DNA of 60,708 nucleotides from Psammoneis japonica (GCA_008632985.1 QPGO01000123.1:186001-246708), one strand, 5' to 3'. Numbered from the stretch's first letter, positions 38,084 to 51,334 are shown. Numbers and translations are program-made. Notes: generated by a model not told the origin, from the sequence alone.

Positions 38084-40606
38084 CTAGAGAACACGGCAAG
38101 TTTCGTTGACGGATTCACAAGAGATTTTGCAGCTCTCAACATCCTCGGGGCAGGTGAATGGACCGGTCAGGTTGTTGTCATAGAGCCACAGAGTTTCGAG
38201 GCTAGTCATGTTATAAATACCAGAAGGAATGGTACCAGTCAACTTGTTCTTGAGGAGAGAAAGACGTAATAAATTTGTCAACTCTCCGATTTCGTTGGGG
38301 ATAGGGCCAGTGAGTGAGTTTCGATTCAAGAAAAACATTTCGGCGTTTGTCAGCAGACCAAGCTCCGAAGGGATGGCTCGAGTGAGAAGGTTGGTTCCGA
38401 GGTGAAATTGCTTGACGTTGGAAAGGGCACCGAGCTCACTTGGAATAGAGCTTGTAAAGTTGTTTCCATTCAGAAGGAGCTGCTCTGTGTAAAGAGAAAC
38501 GAAAAAATGCAACTGTGAGTATGAGACGAACCAAGGAAGACTGACAGTCAAAACTCACCCAAGTTTGATTGGAGACCAATGGTAGAGGGAATTGTCCCAG
38601 AAAGATAATTATGACGAAACCAAAGGTTTTTCAAGTTTGTCAAATTCTGGATCTCATTTGGAAATTTCCCAACAAGACGATTGCCTTCAAGGTATAGAAG
38701 AACTATGTTCGAGGAAGAGAAACAAGTAAATAAGTAAGTCACTGATTCTTGTTCAGGCAGTATCTCGACATCGGATTCAAACAACCTGCTATTACCTAAA
38801 GAGCTCAAACGGCCCAAGGTTGATGGGATCGTTCCAGAAAGCTGATTTTCACAAAACGAAAGGTCAGTCAAGCGCGCCAAGCGACCAATCGTGGATGGGA
38901 TTGTTCCGGAGAGTTTATTCTTGTATATGCTCAATTCGGCTGGTCGAAGTAGAGGCAAGGATACGTCGTCATGTAGAGTTAGAATAAGAACAGCCTCTCA
39001 ATACTAACCGTCACGACTCTAACATAACCTCTGTTGAAACTTACTCAATCGGGTAAGGGCGCCAATATCGGTCGAGATTGTGCCTTGTAGACCGCTTCCG
39101 AGCCTAAGTGTCACTGTTCAAACGTACGTCAAACAGGCATCAGCAGGATCATTGGCACAAGAGAAGATCATACACGTAGCAATCAAGCTTACATAGATTC
39201 GTCAAGAGAAATAATTCAGTTGGAATAGTGCCTGTAAATTCGTTCTCCACCATTCCAAGAAAGTGCAAATTTGTCAGGAGTCCAAGCTCCGATGGGATGG
39301 TGCCACTCAATCTATTCTGATCGACATTGAACTCTGTTAACAGAGTCAGCAGCGCAAGCTCTGTAGGAATTGAGCCCGTCATGGCGTTACCAAAAAAGCC
39401 GATTAGTTCAATTGAATTCGAAAGAAACGCAAGTTCCGGTGGTATAGTCCCTTTCAAACCATTGGTATCGAGATCGATGGCAGTAACTTCACCTTGGTTT
39501 GTACACAGAATTTTCATTGTTCCCTTGGCTTGCCACCACCGTCCACATTCAGGACCATCGTCTAACCACAGATCGGTAGTTGTCCAGTTATGTCCGCTGG
39601 TACTGAAGTAAAGCGTAGCTAAAACGTAACGCTGGACGATCTGCATCTGTCCGTAGTCGTCAATGTTGCTATTGTTTGCGAGCCACTTGACTGCCTGGTA
39701 CTGAGGCGTTGATTGATTGAACAGCGCAGCCCCATTGTCGAAAGAACGGTGCGCGAGAGACTCACTCAACTTCTTGTGGAGTGGTGTGGTGGGCTCAGGA
39801 GTCGGAGGCGGCGTAGAAACTGGCACGGGTCCAGTGGGGTTGTCGTCCCGGGTGAGAACGACAGAAAGAGCAATGGCAGCGACCAAAAGCACAAGAATGC
39901 CAGTAAAGAAAAGTCGTTGGCGTCGAAACTCGGGATCGCGTAGGTTGAAGAACTTCTTGAGGATTTCGCCCTTGCCGACAACTTTTGCAACCGCAACATT
40001 CTCTTCGCGCTCTTGTAAGATGCGGTTCTGCTCTTCAAGTTGCTGAATTCGGCGCGCCTCTTCTTCTGTATCCACCAAATGGGCCGATACGAGATTCATG
40101 GAAAAGTCCTGTTCTTGATGAACGCCCCCGACAGCTCCTGGCATCATGGATATTTCCTCTGCAGAAAACCCATAGCTTATTGCATCACCATGAATTCCAG
40201 GAACAGCGTGCGCCCCGGGTGAGTTTTCAGCACCATCGTCCGGTGATTCCACCTCACCTTGGTCTTGTCCATGCATGCGAAAGGCTTCAGGATCATCATA
40301 CTGTTCATCATCACGCTCAGCAACATTAGCAGTCGTAGCTTCCTGAACTCGACCACGCGGAGGAGGAGATGTCCTTGCAGCTGCCCTCTTCTTGATCGAG
40401 GGAAACGCATTCTGCATTTTCTTCTTCCACTTCTTTGTTTCGGTGGAAAGAGGCTCTTCCATGGAAGAAGTGGGAGGGTCTTGTAGAGGTGGAGCACATT
40501 CTTGTCGGTTGTCGGTAGTGCCCGCAGTGTGCCACTTGATATTGCCGGAAAACTTTACCCAAGAACCAGTGGAGCGGTCCGAGTCGTTCTTCTTGTTGCT
40601 GGACAT
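38084..40606 (-). CDS. Diatom-type LRR membrane protein (N-terminal region, single TM, C-terminal plant-like LRRs); 5 exons
   Basis: PGAHAV motif; TM FFTGILVLLVAAIALSVVL; TPQYQAVKWL..IVQRYVLATLYFSTSG..W..W..EC.W cap; LxxNxLxGTIPSELG repeats. Exons 40606-39193, 39113-39045, 38939-38796, 38702-38559, 38484-38084 (GT-AG). Confidence 0.88.
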
Positions 40607-41249
40607 TCGTGTTTCTGCTGAATTGCAAAACAGAATAGGAACCGAGCGCAAACTCTAGTTAGCCAAAAGTCAAAACCGAGGCATAGTGATACCGCGTAAC
40701 AGCATCGACTGCTCCTGGTACTTGCCTTCTTTTGTTGTTCAAGTGTCATCGTGAGTGTATAGTTTCTTTTTTTGTGTGAGGCGAACCGCTGCTTCGAGAC
40801 AAGTAACCCTGATACTGTCCTGACACTCGGCTTCGGGTAGCATTGCAGTAAAGTTTCTACGTGACATCTGTTCGTTCGTCGGTGGGGACGGAGCGCATGC
40901 GACTGCAACACGCATGCTGTTGGAGAGAACGAAAGCATATTCATTGCTATGCGATGACGACGGATGGAGAATTATGAGCTTGAACACAATTGTAGCTAAT
41001 GTAAATGAAATATATTGATTCGTTCCTTTGATTTTGCATGGCTTAGGACAACAGAGCGACCTTGTTGGAATGATTCTCACACCATTCCATTGATTTGCCA
41101 CAGTATCGGCGACAGTTAAGGATGTAAAGCAGACATTTAATTCCGTCGTTCGCGGTGGGAATCAATGACAATGTCAACCTGACGCTACCGGTATGGCCGG
41201 TCGGCTGCCTGCTGGCGGCTGCAAACATCGTGCCTTTTTTTTGGTGAGT

Positions 41250-41480
41250 GTTTTCAAACGAGAGAGCGAGAGAAAAGCTCGGTCAAAAAGATCGAAAAAT
41301 TTATTTAGGAAAAAGAAAAATGATGACGTCACTACTTAAATTAATATTTGACTTACTGTACAATACACCAGATTTCAACGGATATTTTTCGCGCGGTAAG
41401 GACTGAGGCGAGCGCGCGGCGAAATGACGTTGTCAGTCCCGCCTGCGCGAAAGATATTCGGGACTCACCGAGGTTGCGTC
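41250..41480. repeat. Repeat copy A (CG and TA intact), homologous to 42866-43113; possibly a transposon terminus
   Basis: tcggtcaaaaagat..aaaaattt...ccagattt...gttgtcagtccc...attcgggactcacc.aggttgcgtc shared with copy B. Confidence 0.85.
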
Positions 41481-41599
41481 GTGCTTCACCGCGGCAAAAA
41501 ATTCTGACCGATGTGACGACAGTGCGCCGATGTCGACAACTTTTGCTGGCAAGCACATTCGCTGCACCCAATGGGCATTAACTCTTTATCTATACAACC

Positions 41600-44500
41600 G
41601 TCTACTTTGTGCATCAGGTGCAGCCAATTTGATGAAATGGCACCAAAATCATGCACAACAAAACAAAGCACACATTGTGGTGTGTTGACATGCAAAAGCC
41701 ATGGAGCGTCTCGCATTTCGTTGGATGAGCACTTTGTCCTTCCTCCATTTAAGGTGGGCACACTGATAAAAAACACAACATGTTTCTCTCTAGATGGAGT
41801 GTCAAACAATGTGCTCTCCATGATCTGGCCAGAGAGTTGACGACCACTGCTGCAGCATGCGGCGTTTGCCGTCCAACCCCCTGTTGACATTGTTGCTTGT
41901 GTGATTTTTTGGGTGTTTGTTTTGATTCACAATCTGCTTGACCAAGACAGATAGAGAACCCAGGCACTCTTTTCTTTGTTTGGCAGGTGTCAGCATGAAC
42001 TTGACAGCCAACCGAGTCGTGTGCATCGTGTGTGTGCCATGTGTGACACGTCAGCAGTGACTCACAGTCACACACACCCAGTGGACAGACATCAGGACAC
42101 CTGGATTGCAGGAGATCTTATCCGATCTCTCTTCTGCACTCACTTTTTTTTCTGACTGGCACTGCATTGTGTCATCACTGTCCCAGTGTGCGTTAGATTG
42201 TGCTGTGCTGACAGACCCTCTCTGTCTGTCAAGTTGTGAGCGCCATTTCGCCATTCCTCTGCTGTCAGAACACCCACACAAAGCAGAGCTTGTGCCATGG
42301 AGCCCCATTTTCTCAAATGAAACACCATCTGTGTCTCACCATGTTTTGCCACCATCTGTGCTGACAGGACAAACAAACCCATCGATTGACAAAGATGATG
42401 ACCACAAGCATTGATTTTGGACCCAACTCCCTGCACAACAATGCCCACCCCAATTGCCTGAATGCAATGTGTTTGGACATTGTTCTGGATCTGTTGGTGA
42501 TTCTGGATGACTTTGCACCACCCGGTGTCCACAACAATGCCAACAAGATCTTGCTCCGCAAAATCATTGATGAGATGATCAAGCCTCAAGCAAGCTCTGT
42601 CACAGACCTGCAACATGTTGGACCCATCACAGACTGAGCTGATCTCAACCTCAAAGCACCAGGAATTGTCCACATGCAATGTCTGACACCTGCATCACTT
42701 CTGCAAGCAATGACCACAGCAATTGATGCTGCCGGAGAAGACATGACCACAGTCACTGTTGGCACCAACCACCTTGAATTCCACCCCGGAGACAACCTTG
42801 AATGCAACAACAGGGGCCATGATGATGCTGCCCCCTTCCAAGTCACTGCCAAATGCATGCCTTTGGTTTTAAACAAGAGAGCAAGAAAAACAAGAGAGCA
42901 AGAAAAGTTCGGTCAAAAAGATTGAAAAATTTGTTTGAGAAAGAGAAAAATGATGATGCCAACTGGACAAAAAACAGCACTAAATTTCCTGTGTTAAAAT
43001 GCGCCAGATTTGAATGGATTTTTTTGCACAGCAAGGGCTGAGGTGAGTGCACGGCAACATCATGTTGTCAGTCCCACCTGCACAAATCATTCGGGACTCA
43101 CCAAGGTTGCGTCCAAAATGGCGCTGACTGCATCATCCTTGCAGATGGTTCCCTGTGTGTCGGCGCAGTTGACTGGGATGCCAAGGCCTTCCTTTGCTGC
43201 TCCATCATCTGCAAAGACATCTCACTTCAACAAATCCATTCTTGGCATGCTGCACTCACTGAGATTGCCGCCATGCCTCCCATGGCATGCACGTCCACCC
43301 ACTGTGGCCGCACTTCTTCAAAAACCATGATGAATGAGCAAGGATTTGCTGCTGGCAACACTGCAGCCAATGACCTCCCACTCTGCATGCTCGCTCAGAG
43401 CTGGACCAGATGAAAACCATCATCTGTCAGCACCTGCAAGAAAAAGACATGTTCCCATCCAGCTCTCCAAGCTCCTTGACATCATGCATCAATGCTCTGG
43501 AGACAGTTGCCTGGCACTGAAAATGACAATCTTTGATTGCGCCACCTCACACAGCACAAGCATTCATGCAAAATGATCAAGACATGTCCCAAGCAGAATG
43601 ATCTTGCACTCCTGAGCTGCCACACAGAATTTCAAGATTTTCTGCAGCTCAAGGCTGTCCTCAAAGATGCAAATGCTGCTTTGGGCAACCTGGGCATTCT
43701 GGACATTTTTGTCAGCAACACATGACACAGCAAGTTCCTTCATTGCAAGACTGCCAAGGCGTGCAAAGACAGCAATGAGAAGCACCATTGCAAGACAAAG
43801 AAGATCATTTGTTCGCAACCCATGCAGGCAATGCAAACTGCAAGCCAGCACACCCCTCAATGAAGTGGGTGCCACACCCTCTGGCTGAGACTCCAGCACA
43901 TGAAGACACCCCACCTGATGTGCAAGAACACAGCTGGTGGCAGATTCAGCAAGCAAGACTGGGTGGGGACATGGGAAGACTGGGCAAGAAAGTGCGCCCC
44001 AATGCAATCAACACAAAAAGGAACACCATCACCCAGTCAACAATGAAGATTTCAATGAGTGGTGACTGCTGTGGGAAACATCACCAAAAACGGAGTTGAC
44101 AATGACACTGCCCCAATGCTGTGCTTGTTTGCACAAGTCACACTGCTGACAGCAAAACAAGCAGAGAAAGTCCATGGGCAAAAGCATGGTGGTGGGAACA
44201 GAAAAGGAGCAAGACAAAAAAAGAGAAAGAAGGGGGCTGCACCCCCATTGAAGAACCATTCTCCTGCTGCCTTGGGATGACAAGACTGCAGATGCCATTG
44301 TGGGCAAAAAATGGACCAACAAGGAAGCACACACATGATTCTGTGACAATGTGCTGAAATTCATGAAGAGCACTGTGATGTGGAGAGTGGAGAAAGATGG
44401 TCGATTCTGGAAACAGCAACGCTGCAGAGCTTGCTGCAGCAAGCAGCAAGGCTCTGGGGGCTGTTGATGTTGAAAAATCACTGGAAAATTTGGGAGTGCA

Positions 44501-45550
44501 AGGCCATGAAGGACAAGAAGAAGATGCAACAAGAGGGAGATGTTGATGGGGATGACAATGATGAGAATGAAGAAACCCTGCCCCCCTGTGCGCCAGCCGC
44601 CCAACAAAACAGCACAACTCACATGGGAAGACACAGGAACAGAGCAACTCAACAAGCTGCATGTGGAGGCAAAGCAAGACAGGGCAAGTGAGCCAGGTGT
44701 GCAGTTCAAAACAGGGCACAGCAATGACAAGAAGAAGAAAAGTGATGAAAAAGGCAAGGGTGTTCCAACCATGAAAAACTGGCACAGAAGGTGGCAAAAA
44801 CACAAGCCAATCTCAAGCTTTCCAGCAATGACAAGGATGACATGGAAGAGGAAACAGGAAAAGACAATGCAGAAGAAAACTGCTCAAACAAAGATGAGCA
44901 AGACACACAAAAATCCAACAAGCCAGTCCAGCAAATGAGCAGTGCCCGCTGAAAATCTGAAACAGCGCACAGCAGCAAAGCAGCAAAATTGGCAATCATT
45001 GACAACTGTGCACACTGCACTGCATCATTAAAATTAAACACAAAGGTCAGTCTGAAATGTTGCAATGAAAAGGCTTTTGATTGACAGGTTTCTGTGGGGA
45101 TGGAGGGTGGGCACTCTCGTGGGGAAAATGGGTGGCTGTTTTTCATGGCAAATGGTGGAGTTTTCCTCCCAGGAAGGGGGGTCAGACCCCACAGCAATAA
45201 AATGTTCATCTGTCACAGTTGACAAATTTTTGCCATGAGCACAACCAGCAGTCTGTCACAGTGTTAATTTGTCACCTGTGAAAATGTTGAAAATTGCTGT
45301 GAGACAAGCAAGTGGGGTCGATCACTCTGTGATGCGTGCCCTGATGCAGTTTGAGCAGATTTTCTGCTGCTGTCCTGCTCTGTCTAGAACTCTCCTGCCA
45401 TCTCTCACTCATCATGTTCATTGATTTTTTGCACCCACTCTGGGGCACCTCCATGCATCATCCACCTCTTGACACTCTCTCACAACAGCACTCTTGTGTG
45501 TGTGAGAAGGCAGCAACATTCTTCTTGTGTCTCACATGGTTCATTTGTTT
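41600..45550. other. CpG/TpA-depleted degenerate block with ruined unidentified ORFs
   Basis: Composition shift; a read-through-looking frame at ~42390-42870 (+) broken by a stop; no intact gene. Confidence 0.75.
42866..43113. repeat. Repeat copy B (CG->TG/CA and TA->TG/CA mutated)
   Basis: Aligns to 41250-41480. Confidence 0.85.
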
Positions 45551-45845
45551 GAGCTACGACTGTGCCATGTTGACACAGGCTGCATTTAGGGTGAGTTAGC
45601 GAACTTGTTGCGACAGACTGCTTATTTCACACCTTCTTCGTGAAGCAAGCTCTTGCTTGAAAAACAGTGAGAGAAAAACATGAGATTTGCGACGTGACGA
45701 AATTTCGAAATGTGATTCCTTCGACTGAGAATGGTTTTTCGGTTTTCGGTGTCCAAATCGGATTGCGAATTCCGACAATGATGCTTTGTACTTTGTACTA
45801 TCCAGAGAGACTAATCACAGCCAGCCGAAAAACGACAGCAACATC

Positions 45846-46700
45846 ATGGAAGAAGAACAACTGACACTAACGGAACGCATGCGCACCACCACCAAGGCCA
45901 TTCATGACAAGAGCGATCGCTTGGTAAATCTCAAGCTCGCACTGGTGCTTGTGTCGAGGTCGCTCTATGGCGAGGCGCTGGGGCTCTTTATGCCCATTTA
46001 TGAAAAACTCGAAAAGGCCATGGAGCATGAACCCAAGCTGCGTCCTCTTGCTGCTCATTTGGATAAAATGAGACGTACTCCAGGGTTCCTAGCAGACATG
46101 GCTTTTTACCTTGGCAAAGACGTTCCTCTCAAGAAGACAGACAATGAAATTCTCAAATCTTATATAGAACACTTGGAGGAATTGGAGCGAGAGGATCCCA
46201 TGCTGCTTGCCGTTTATGTCTACCACATGTACATGGCTCTCTTGGCTGGAGGATACATTATTCGAAAAACAGTCAAGCGAACTTTGGGATTAAAAGGCAA
46301 CGAGGGCGTGCAGGCATTGACGTTTTCCGCAGACAGCACACAATTGAAAAAGTCCCTGAAACAGTGCATGGACGAGGAATTCAAATTTACCAAGCAACAA
46401 CAAGAAAGGGTGCTGGAGGAGTCAATTAGAATGTTTGAACTCAACAATACTCTCGTGGGCACGGTCAAAGACACGCCGTCCTTTCAACAGGTTCAAGCAA
46501 AGTACATCAAGTGGCTTGCCACTGGGCTGAGCGTTGTGCTTGTTGGCTTGGTTGCCGCGATTATCAGTACAGAAGAAGCCACCAACAAGACTATCAAGAA
46601 GCATGACGGAGGACATGAACGTACAGTAGAGGTAGTTGAAGTGTATGACCACTTTCCGTTAGCAAGCTCGTTGCCGGTACTCGAGAAAGAGCAATCGTAA
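45846..46700 (+). CDS. Heme oxygenase with C-terminal membrane anchor
   Basis: MRTTTKAIHDKSD (proximal His), LLAVYVYHMYMALLAGG (distal helix), EESIRMFELN, TM WLATGLSVVLVGLVAAII; ATG at 45846. Confidence 0.88.
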   Translation: MEEEQLTLTERMRTTTKAIHDKSDRLVNLKLALVLVSRSLYGEALGLFMPIYEKLEKAMEHEPKLRPLAAHLDKMRRTPGFLADMAFYLGKDVPLKKTDNEILKSYIEHLEELEREDPMLLAVYVYHMYMALLAGGYIIRKTVKRTLGLKGNEGVQALTFSADSTQLKKSLKQCMDEEFKFTKQQQERVLEESIRMFELNNTLVGTVKDTPSFQQVQAKYIKWLATGLSVVLVGLVAAIISTEEATNKTIKKHDGGHERTVEVVEVYDHFPLASSLPVLEKEQS

Positions 46701-46830
46701 GATTTATGATACAGTTAAGGTATAAAGTCAATTTGCTGTGTTTAAGAAGTAAACATCAATTCTCTTAACGATAAAAGAGGTTATTATGATTACTAGATCA
46801 TCAGCAGGATAACAGATGATTCCTCTTGCC

Positions 46831-47629
46831 TCAGCGATACAAGTGCTCGCTCATGAGGTTCTTTGCAATCTGCCTCTCCCACTTGTCTCCGTTGGACAAG
46901 AGCTTTTCCTTATCATATAGAAGTTCTTCCCTCGTTTCAGTAGCAAATTCGAAGTTGGGTCCCTCCACAATCGCATCGACTGGGCAAGCTTCCTGGCACT
47001 GTGATCAAAAAGTGAGATCAACAATTCAATCATACAAAAATCGACCTCAAGAGATTGGGAGAACTTACATAACCACAGTAGATACATTTCGTCATGTCAA
47101 TATCATAACGCGTCGTACGACGAGCTCCATCCTCACGCTCTTCCGCATCAATCGTAATGGCTTGTGCGGGACAGGCCGCCTCACAAAGCTTGCAGGCAAT
47201 GCACCGTTCTTCGCCCGACGGATAACGCCTCAGGGCGTGCTCGCCGCGAAAGCGAGGACTGAGGTAACCCTTTTCGTACGGATAGTTAATGGTGACTTTG
47301 GGCTTGAGTGCCACCTCTCCCGACAACCAGAGTGCACGAAAGATTTCCGTCAAGAAGAAAATCTTGGACGATCTCTCAAAAATATCCTCCCACGATGTCT
47401 ATAAACAGCCAAAGGGGAGTGAGAAAAAAAGGCCTGCGTAGAAAACACGTAGAAGCTGGTATTGAACACTCATGATGACGCTCGCATCAACACTACTTAC
47501 GGGAAGAATATTATCCTTGTCTTGTGCCGTGCTCATTTCTCTTGCAGTGCTTCCAACAATCTTGAGACTGCTTGCTGCGCGTTTTGAAACAGCCGCTGAG
47601 CGGCGTGACGCCGCAATCAGGAGCGACAT
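46831..47629 (-). CDS. NDUFS8: Mitochondrial complex I Fe-S subunit 8 (TYKY/NuoI); 3 exons
   Basis: Exons 47629-47501, 47398-47069, 46998-46831; [41 protein letters not shown]...[30 protein letters not shown]-rich presequence. Confidence 0.96.
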
Positions 47630-48689
47630 GGTCGTCAGTTTTACGCACAACGAACAAAAGTGAGAGTTGGGTTGTTGCACGTAGAACTTGTAAGGAATTC
47701 CACGTGGGCGCCGAAAGTCTACCTATGACACTTCCGAGCTCTGAGCTCGCTAAAAGATTCAAACTGCTGCTGTCTGTGCTGTCTGCCGCTCACATTTTCT
47801 TTTTGCGCTTTTTTGCAACCTGGTGACATTCTGTTGAATTGCGAGCTTAGCTTTCCTTCCAGATTTTCTAAAGATTTTTCAGAACATTTTGAAAAGAATG
47901 TCTGAGTCAGAGCATTGCTTGCTCGCTCGGGACTGGAGCAAACATGCACTCCACCAGCAAACACGCGCTGGCACACACGTGGGCAGGAGAAAGAGACCCA
48001 AAATCCAGCACTCTCTCTCCCAGGATTGCGTGAATTGTGAGGACGATGATTTGAAAACATCACCAACCCATGAGCTGGAATTGCAAATGCCTGAAAGCTT
48101 CCTTTGCTGATGACTCAGTGAACACATCATCGTTGTCCAGCTGCGCTCCCTTGGTGGTGGGGCCCTGTTCTCTTGACTGAGCTTGAGAGCCTCTCCTTTT
48201 CTGCGGTCTCAGAAATGGAGCAAGTGGCATGAAAGGGGTTCAGTTCTTGGATGGAGTTTGGGATTTTTGGCCAAATCAATGCTTGCAAAGCATCCTCAAA
48301 GGCAGTGCATTTGGCTGCTGCACAGGCTTGGCAAGCACGGCGCACCGATTTTTCTTTCCTCAACCTCCTGCCAGTGGGACAACATGTGCTTTTTTATGCT
48401 GCAGCAAGACTGGCCAACAGTTGGAGGAGCATGTCTCTAGAGAGTGCACCACCCATGCTGCCAGCATCAGCTGCTCTGTGGTGAGAGCCCCTTTTGTTCG
48501 TTGTCATGTGTTGTTCCAGTCACCTCAAAGAAAGCAACCAACTGTGACAGGAGTTGAGGCATCAAGAATGGGATTCATGACTGACTGCATGATTGTCGCT
48601 GTTGCTGCTGCAACCCTGTTGCAACACAATGAAGAACAAAATGCAGCTGCAGTGCAATTGACACAAAAGGATCAAACACAAAAATGAGT

Positions 48690-49780
48690 GCATCTGCAGA
48701 TCCGGAGCTGTCACCATTGAAATCAGCGCGCCAAAAGCACCAACTCCAACAATGCTTCTGTCTGCCAACAGGGACACAGAATGTCCAAATCCACCATGTC
48801 TGGACTTGCCATTCAAAGGATCATTGATTTGACTCCATTTGTCTGCATTGGTGTTGCATTGCAAGACTGCAACTTGACCGGCATTGTCCAATCATCCACT
48901 GATGTCATGCCAATGACTTCTTGAAGCCAAGACAATTCCATTTCCACTCAATGGCACTGACCAACCAAAAACATCACCAGGCTGTTGCACCACAAGAGTT
49001 TGACCATGTTGACTCCACATCAAAGTCAAACAGTTGTGCAAATGAACAAGAACTCTCTCATTGCTTCCATGTGTGCCAACAGCCACGACCAAATCACACT
49101 GTGATCAAGAGACACAGAAATTCCAAACCAACCAAGTTTGATTTGTCCATTGATTGGATCACCCAGCACATCCCATTTTGACAATGTAGAATTGTGTTCA
49201 AACACTGACACCTGGCCAGCAGTGTCTCCAACCAAATCTGCTCCAACACCGACAACAGCTCCGTCCACATTCAAGGACAAACAGAAAGTCCAAATTGATC
49301 ATCCATGACAATCAAACCAGCCCAGAACCACTGCCATTTTCCATGTGGTCTTTAGAAGCTCCTGCAGCTGGAACATCACCTGCATCCAAGAGCAACACAG
49401 AAATGCCAAAATTTGTCACCAGCATCTTGTCCAAGAATGTCGCCACCGAGTTGAACCCCATGATCCAGTGCAGAGTCACACTCAAACACACAAATGTGAC
49501 TGGCATTCTCTCCACCACTGTTGTTTTTGTCAGCTTCAATGGCAAGAATTGCGTTGTTGCTGTTTGATGAAACAGACTCTCCAAAATCACAAGGGCCAGC
49601 TTTTCCAATCAAATCTTGGCCAATTTGCATCCATTGTTGGGTGCTTGGATTGCATCGATGGCCAACAGCAGAGCTGGGATTGGAGACAATTGCTCTGCAG
49701 CAACATCCATGACACTGCCATTGCAAGACAAGGAGACACAATTGCCAAAATTGTTGCCTTCACCTCCCCCCCCCCCCCAA
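48690..49780 (-). pseudogene. Decayed FG-GAP-like beta-propeller repeat protein gene
   Basis: Repeated W.Q.G.D/PI.G....FG.SVSL..DG..V.VGA units: QWMQIGQDLIG..DFGESVS, VQLGGDILGQDAGDKF, WDVLGDPINGQ...FGISVSL, WSQINDPLNG...FGHSVSLLADRSIVGVGA; many frameshifts. Confidence 0.8.
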
Positions 49781-50199
49781 AGACTTGACCAATGGGATTC
49801 GATGGACTGGCGGGAGCTTCTGGAGGAGATGAAGTGCTGGTGGATCCCCCAAAACAAGCAAGAATTCACAACTTTTGTGGTTGGTTGCAAACTCTGCACT
49901 CTGCCCAACCATTGCAGCAACCAGAGCAACCACTGCATGTGAAAGAAGCATGATTTCTTGCTGCGTCCAAGTCATTTGTGCCTGAAAATCTTGTCCCAGT
50001 TTGGCCAAAGAAGGGTCGCCAGCAGGCAGCTGCTATGGTGGTTGAGGCATGGTTGTCAGCTCCGGTTTGGGTGCTGTCATGACTGCAACATTGTCTGCAT
50101 CTGATCCTCATTGAACTTCCTGTCCACCTTGACCAACCGCAAAAGCCTGGAAACTGCAGCAGAAGCTCTTGGAGAAATTTCCACTGCTTCACTCCAAAT

Positions 50200-51330
50200 C
50201 AAGTCTTCTTGATGTTGCTGTTCCAGCTGTGCATGTTCAAAGCAGGCTGAGACTGAAAATTCTTTTGAGCAGCCTTCTGCTTGGCATGGCAATCCTTGGC
50301 TAAGTGTTGGGCCCAACAGCCATGGAATTCACAGAACTTCAATTCCTCTCCCTCAAATGTCTTGCCCTTGGACTCTGCAGGCTTTGGTTCAACAATGTGC
50401 CAAGCCCATTTTCCTTCAAATTTTGGTTTTTTGCCCTTCTTGCATTTGGCGGCATTTGACTTCTTCTGAGATGTGCTGGCGGCAGAAGGTTTCTAACTCA
50501 ATGACCCCTGGCAAGACTTTTGGATGTGCAAACTCTTGAGTTTGTTGACTTTTGCACAAAGAGCAGTTGGGAGGCTCCACTTCTTCTTGAGAACGAGTGC
50601 CTGATGCTCCATTTTGGCACAAATCATGAGTTGGTTGCAGGTGATGTCTTCTCCATCATCACAGTCATCATTGATTTGCTCTTGATGTGCTTGGCGAAGA
50701 TCTTGTTGGTGCAGGCAGCACATCCGGCAATGATTTTGTGATCAAGTTGTTGGATGTTTTGCCATGGCTTGCCAGGGATTTGAGCCTTGTCCCCACATGC
50801 TTGTTGAAGGGCTTGATGTTGTGCTTGGCAGTGTCCACCATGTGTGCGTCCAAGTCAGCAAGCTGGGAATGATGGAAGTGAGAGGCTGCAGTGCAAGCAT
50901 CAATCTTGGCCTTGGAGAGCAATGTCTTGAGGCAGAGCACACCACAGTCAACATCACCAGCACAACACTGCTCAGAAGCATTTGCCACAACTTGCTTGGC
51001 ATGCTCGTCCAAGGAGTTGTGGAGGCGGAGACAAAGCTGACAGTTGCTCTGAGTCTCCCAGTTCTGCCTGTTGATGTGGGCAGTCATGACCATGCAAACC
51101 TGCTTGGCAGCGATGTTTCCACACTGGGCGAGCATGCTGCGGTTGGCTGCCACAGCTTTGGCATCTCCTGCAATGACATCAATGGCAAGGATGCCTCCCC
51201 AGCCAAAGGTTTTGGACCCAGTGTGCAACTTGTCAAGGAGTGAGAAGACGCTGGGCTTCTTGGTGCTAAAAAGAGTCAGAAGAGCCTCCTTGGCAGTCTT
51301 GAAGATGCCAGCATTGCCCCAATGACTGAG
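50200..51330 (-). mobile_element. Degenerate LTR-retrotransposon gag-like ORF of diatom type; no pol seen next to it
   Basis: LHNSLDEHAK...GVLCLKTLLSKAKID...LADLDAHM...NIKPFNKHV...LASHGKTSNNL then W.QH..KDC; resembles diatom retroelement gag from recall, not from a search. Confidence 0.55.
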
Positions 51331-51334
51331 GTCA

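Noticed and set aside
44300..44400. SANT/Myb-like KWTNKE...F...VLKF remnant
   Set aside because: Too short and interrupted by a stop to assign
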